Position numbers and translations under genes: made by a program. From a virus, in the IMG/VR virus record IMGVR_UViG_3300002988_000032, positions 12,793 through 76,792 of that record: a stretch of 64,000 bases of DNA. One strand, written 5' to 3'. Under the pieces are notes generated by a model. The model saw nothing but the letters and a program-made list of their open reading frames with translations. It had not been told where the DNA came from and did no database searches. Below, in pieces: positions 63,555 through 64,000 of this stretch (positions within the stretch are counted from its first letter, which is position 1; each line of letters opens with the position of its first letter).

Positions 63555-64000
63555 GCGGCGGTGCTCCATTCGACGAATTCGGGTTTCGACCGCGCGGGCT
63601 TGTCCTCCAAGATCACGGGGATCTGATAGGTGACGCCGCGCTTCGGGTTGACGAAGAACAACGCTTGAATCGGCTCTTGAAAACGGGCGCGCAGGAAGAG
63701 GCGGGCGAACTCGTCGTAGCCCTTCAACGTCCCGTTCACGATGCAGCCGGGGAGCGTGAGGTATTGGTGCCAATGGCCCATGAGCAGGGTGTCGAAATCA
63801 CGCCCGATCTGGGCCTCGCTGGTGCGGGTTTTGATCGTCCCTCGCGCGACGGGGCCGAGAAGCCCGATGATGCCGTCCCCGCCCCTCACACCGAGCGCGT
63901 CGCCGTGGGTCAGCATGAAACGATGCCCGGCGACGGAGAAATGCGCGTCGGACTCTCCGGGGATGAGGAACCGAACGCGAGCGTCACCCGCGAAATGACG
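63551..64000 (-). CDS. Metallophosphoesterase (start outside window)
   Basis: LTHGD and MGHWHQ motifs, VNGTLKGYDEF; frame open to the window end. Confidence 0.75.
   Translation of the reverse strand, partial: RHFAGDARVRFLIPGESDAHFSVAGHRFMLTHGDALGVRGGDGIIGLLGPVARGTIKTRTSEAQIGRDFDTLLMGHWHQYLTLPGCIVNGTLKGYDEFARLFLRARFQEPIQALFFVNPKRGVTYQIPVILEDKPARSKPEFVEWSTAA

Noticed and set aside
1-64000. Integrase, transposase or IS element
   Set aside because: No tyrosine/serine recombinase or DDE motifs and no IS-like terminal repeats found

Overview
This GC-rich window is almost entirely one temperate-phage genome, probably a phage-plasmid of an alphaproteobacterium. The host is inferred from an alphaproteobacterial-type XRE regulator, a DUF6362-like activator and a GapR-like fragment. 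The modules are: (1) 1-14.7 kb, minus strand: late operon with tail, head-tail joining, a P22-type capsid, lambda-type protease/portal/terminase and a holin, plus an Acb2/Tad1-like gene inserted among the tail genes. (2) 15.5-26.7 kb: an accessory island of small genes, HTH regulators, a 1019-aa DnaN fusion, a DNA ligase and an orphan HicA-like gene. It carries a plus-strand repeat family seen nowhere else in the window and a CRISPR-repeat-like 60-bp hairpin duplication. (3) 26.8-39.3 kb, minus strand: early replication and modification operon with SSB, an SF2 helicase ending in four TerS-like wHTH repeats, an initiator, two methyltransferases and VRR-NUC. (4) 39.1-42.4 kb: cro/cI-like switch with shared 14-bp operators. 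(5) 42.4-56.4 kb, plus strand: early accessory operon with two hairpin-dense intergenic regions and a TGT/DpdA-like gene next to a VUT transporter. (6) 56.4-59.9 kb: iteron origin with repA-parA-parB and a candidate parS. (7) 61.5-64 kb, minus strand: spanins, a holin-like gene and nucleotide-metabolism genes. I found no integrase, tRNA, cas gene or true CRISPR array. All family assignments come from reading motifs by eye and recalling family patterns; no database search or folding computation was run. Many start codons were moved downstream of the ORF-track starts using RBS and overlap logic.
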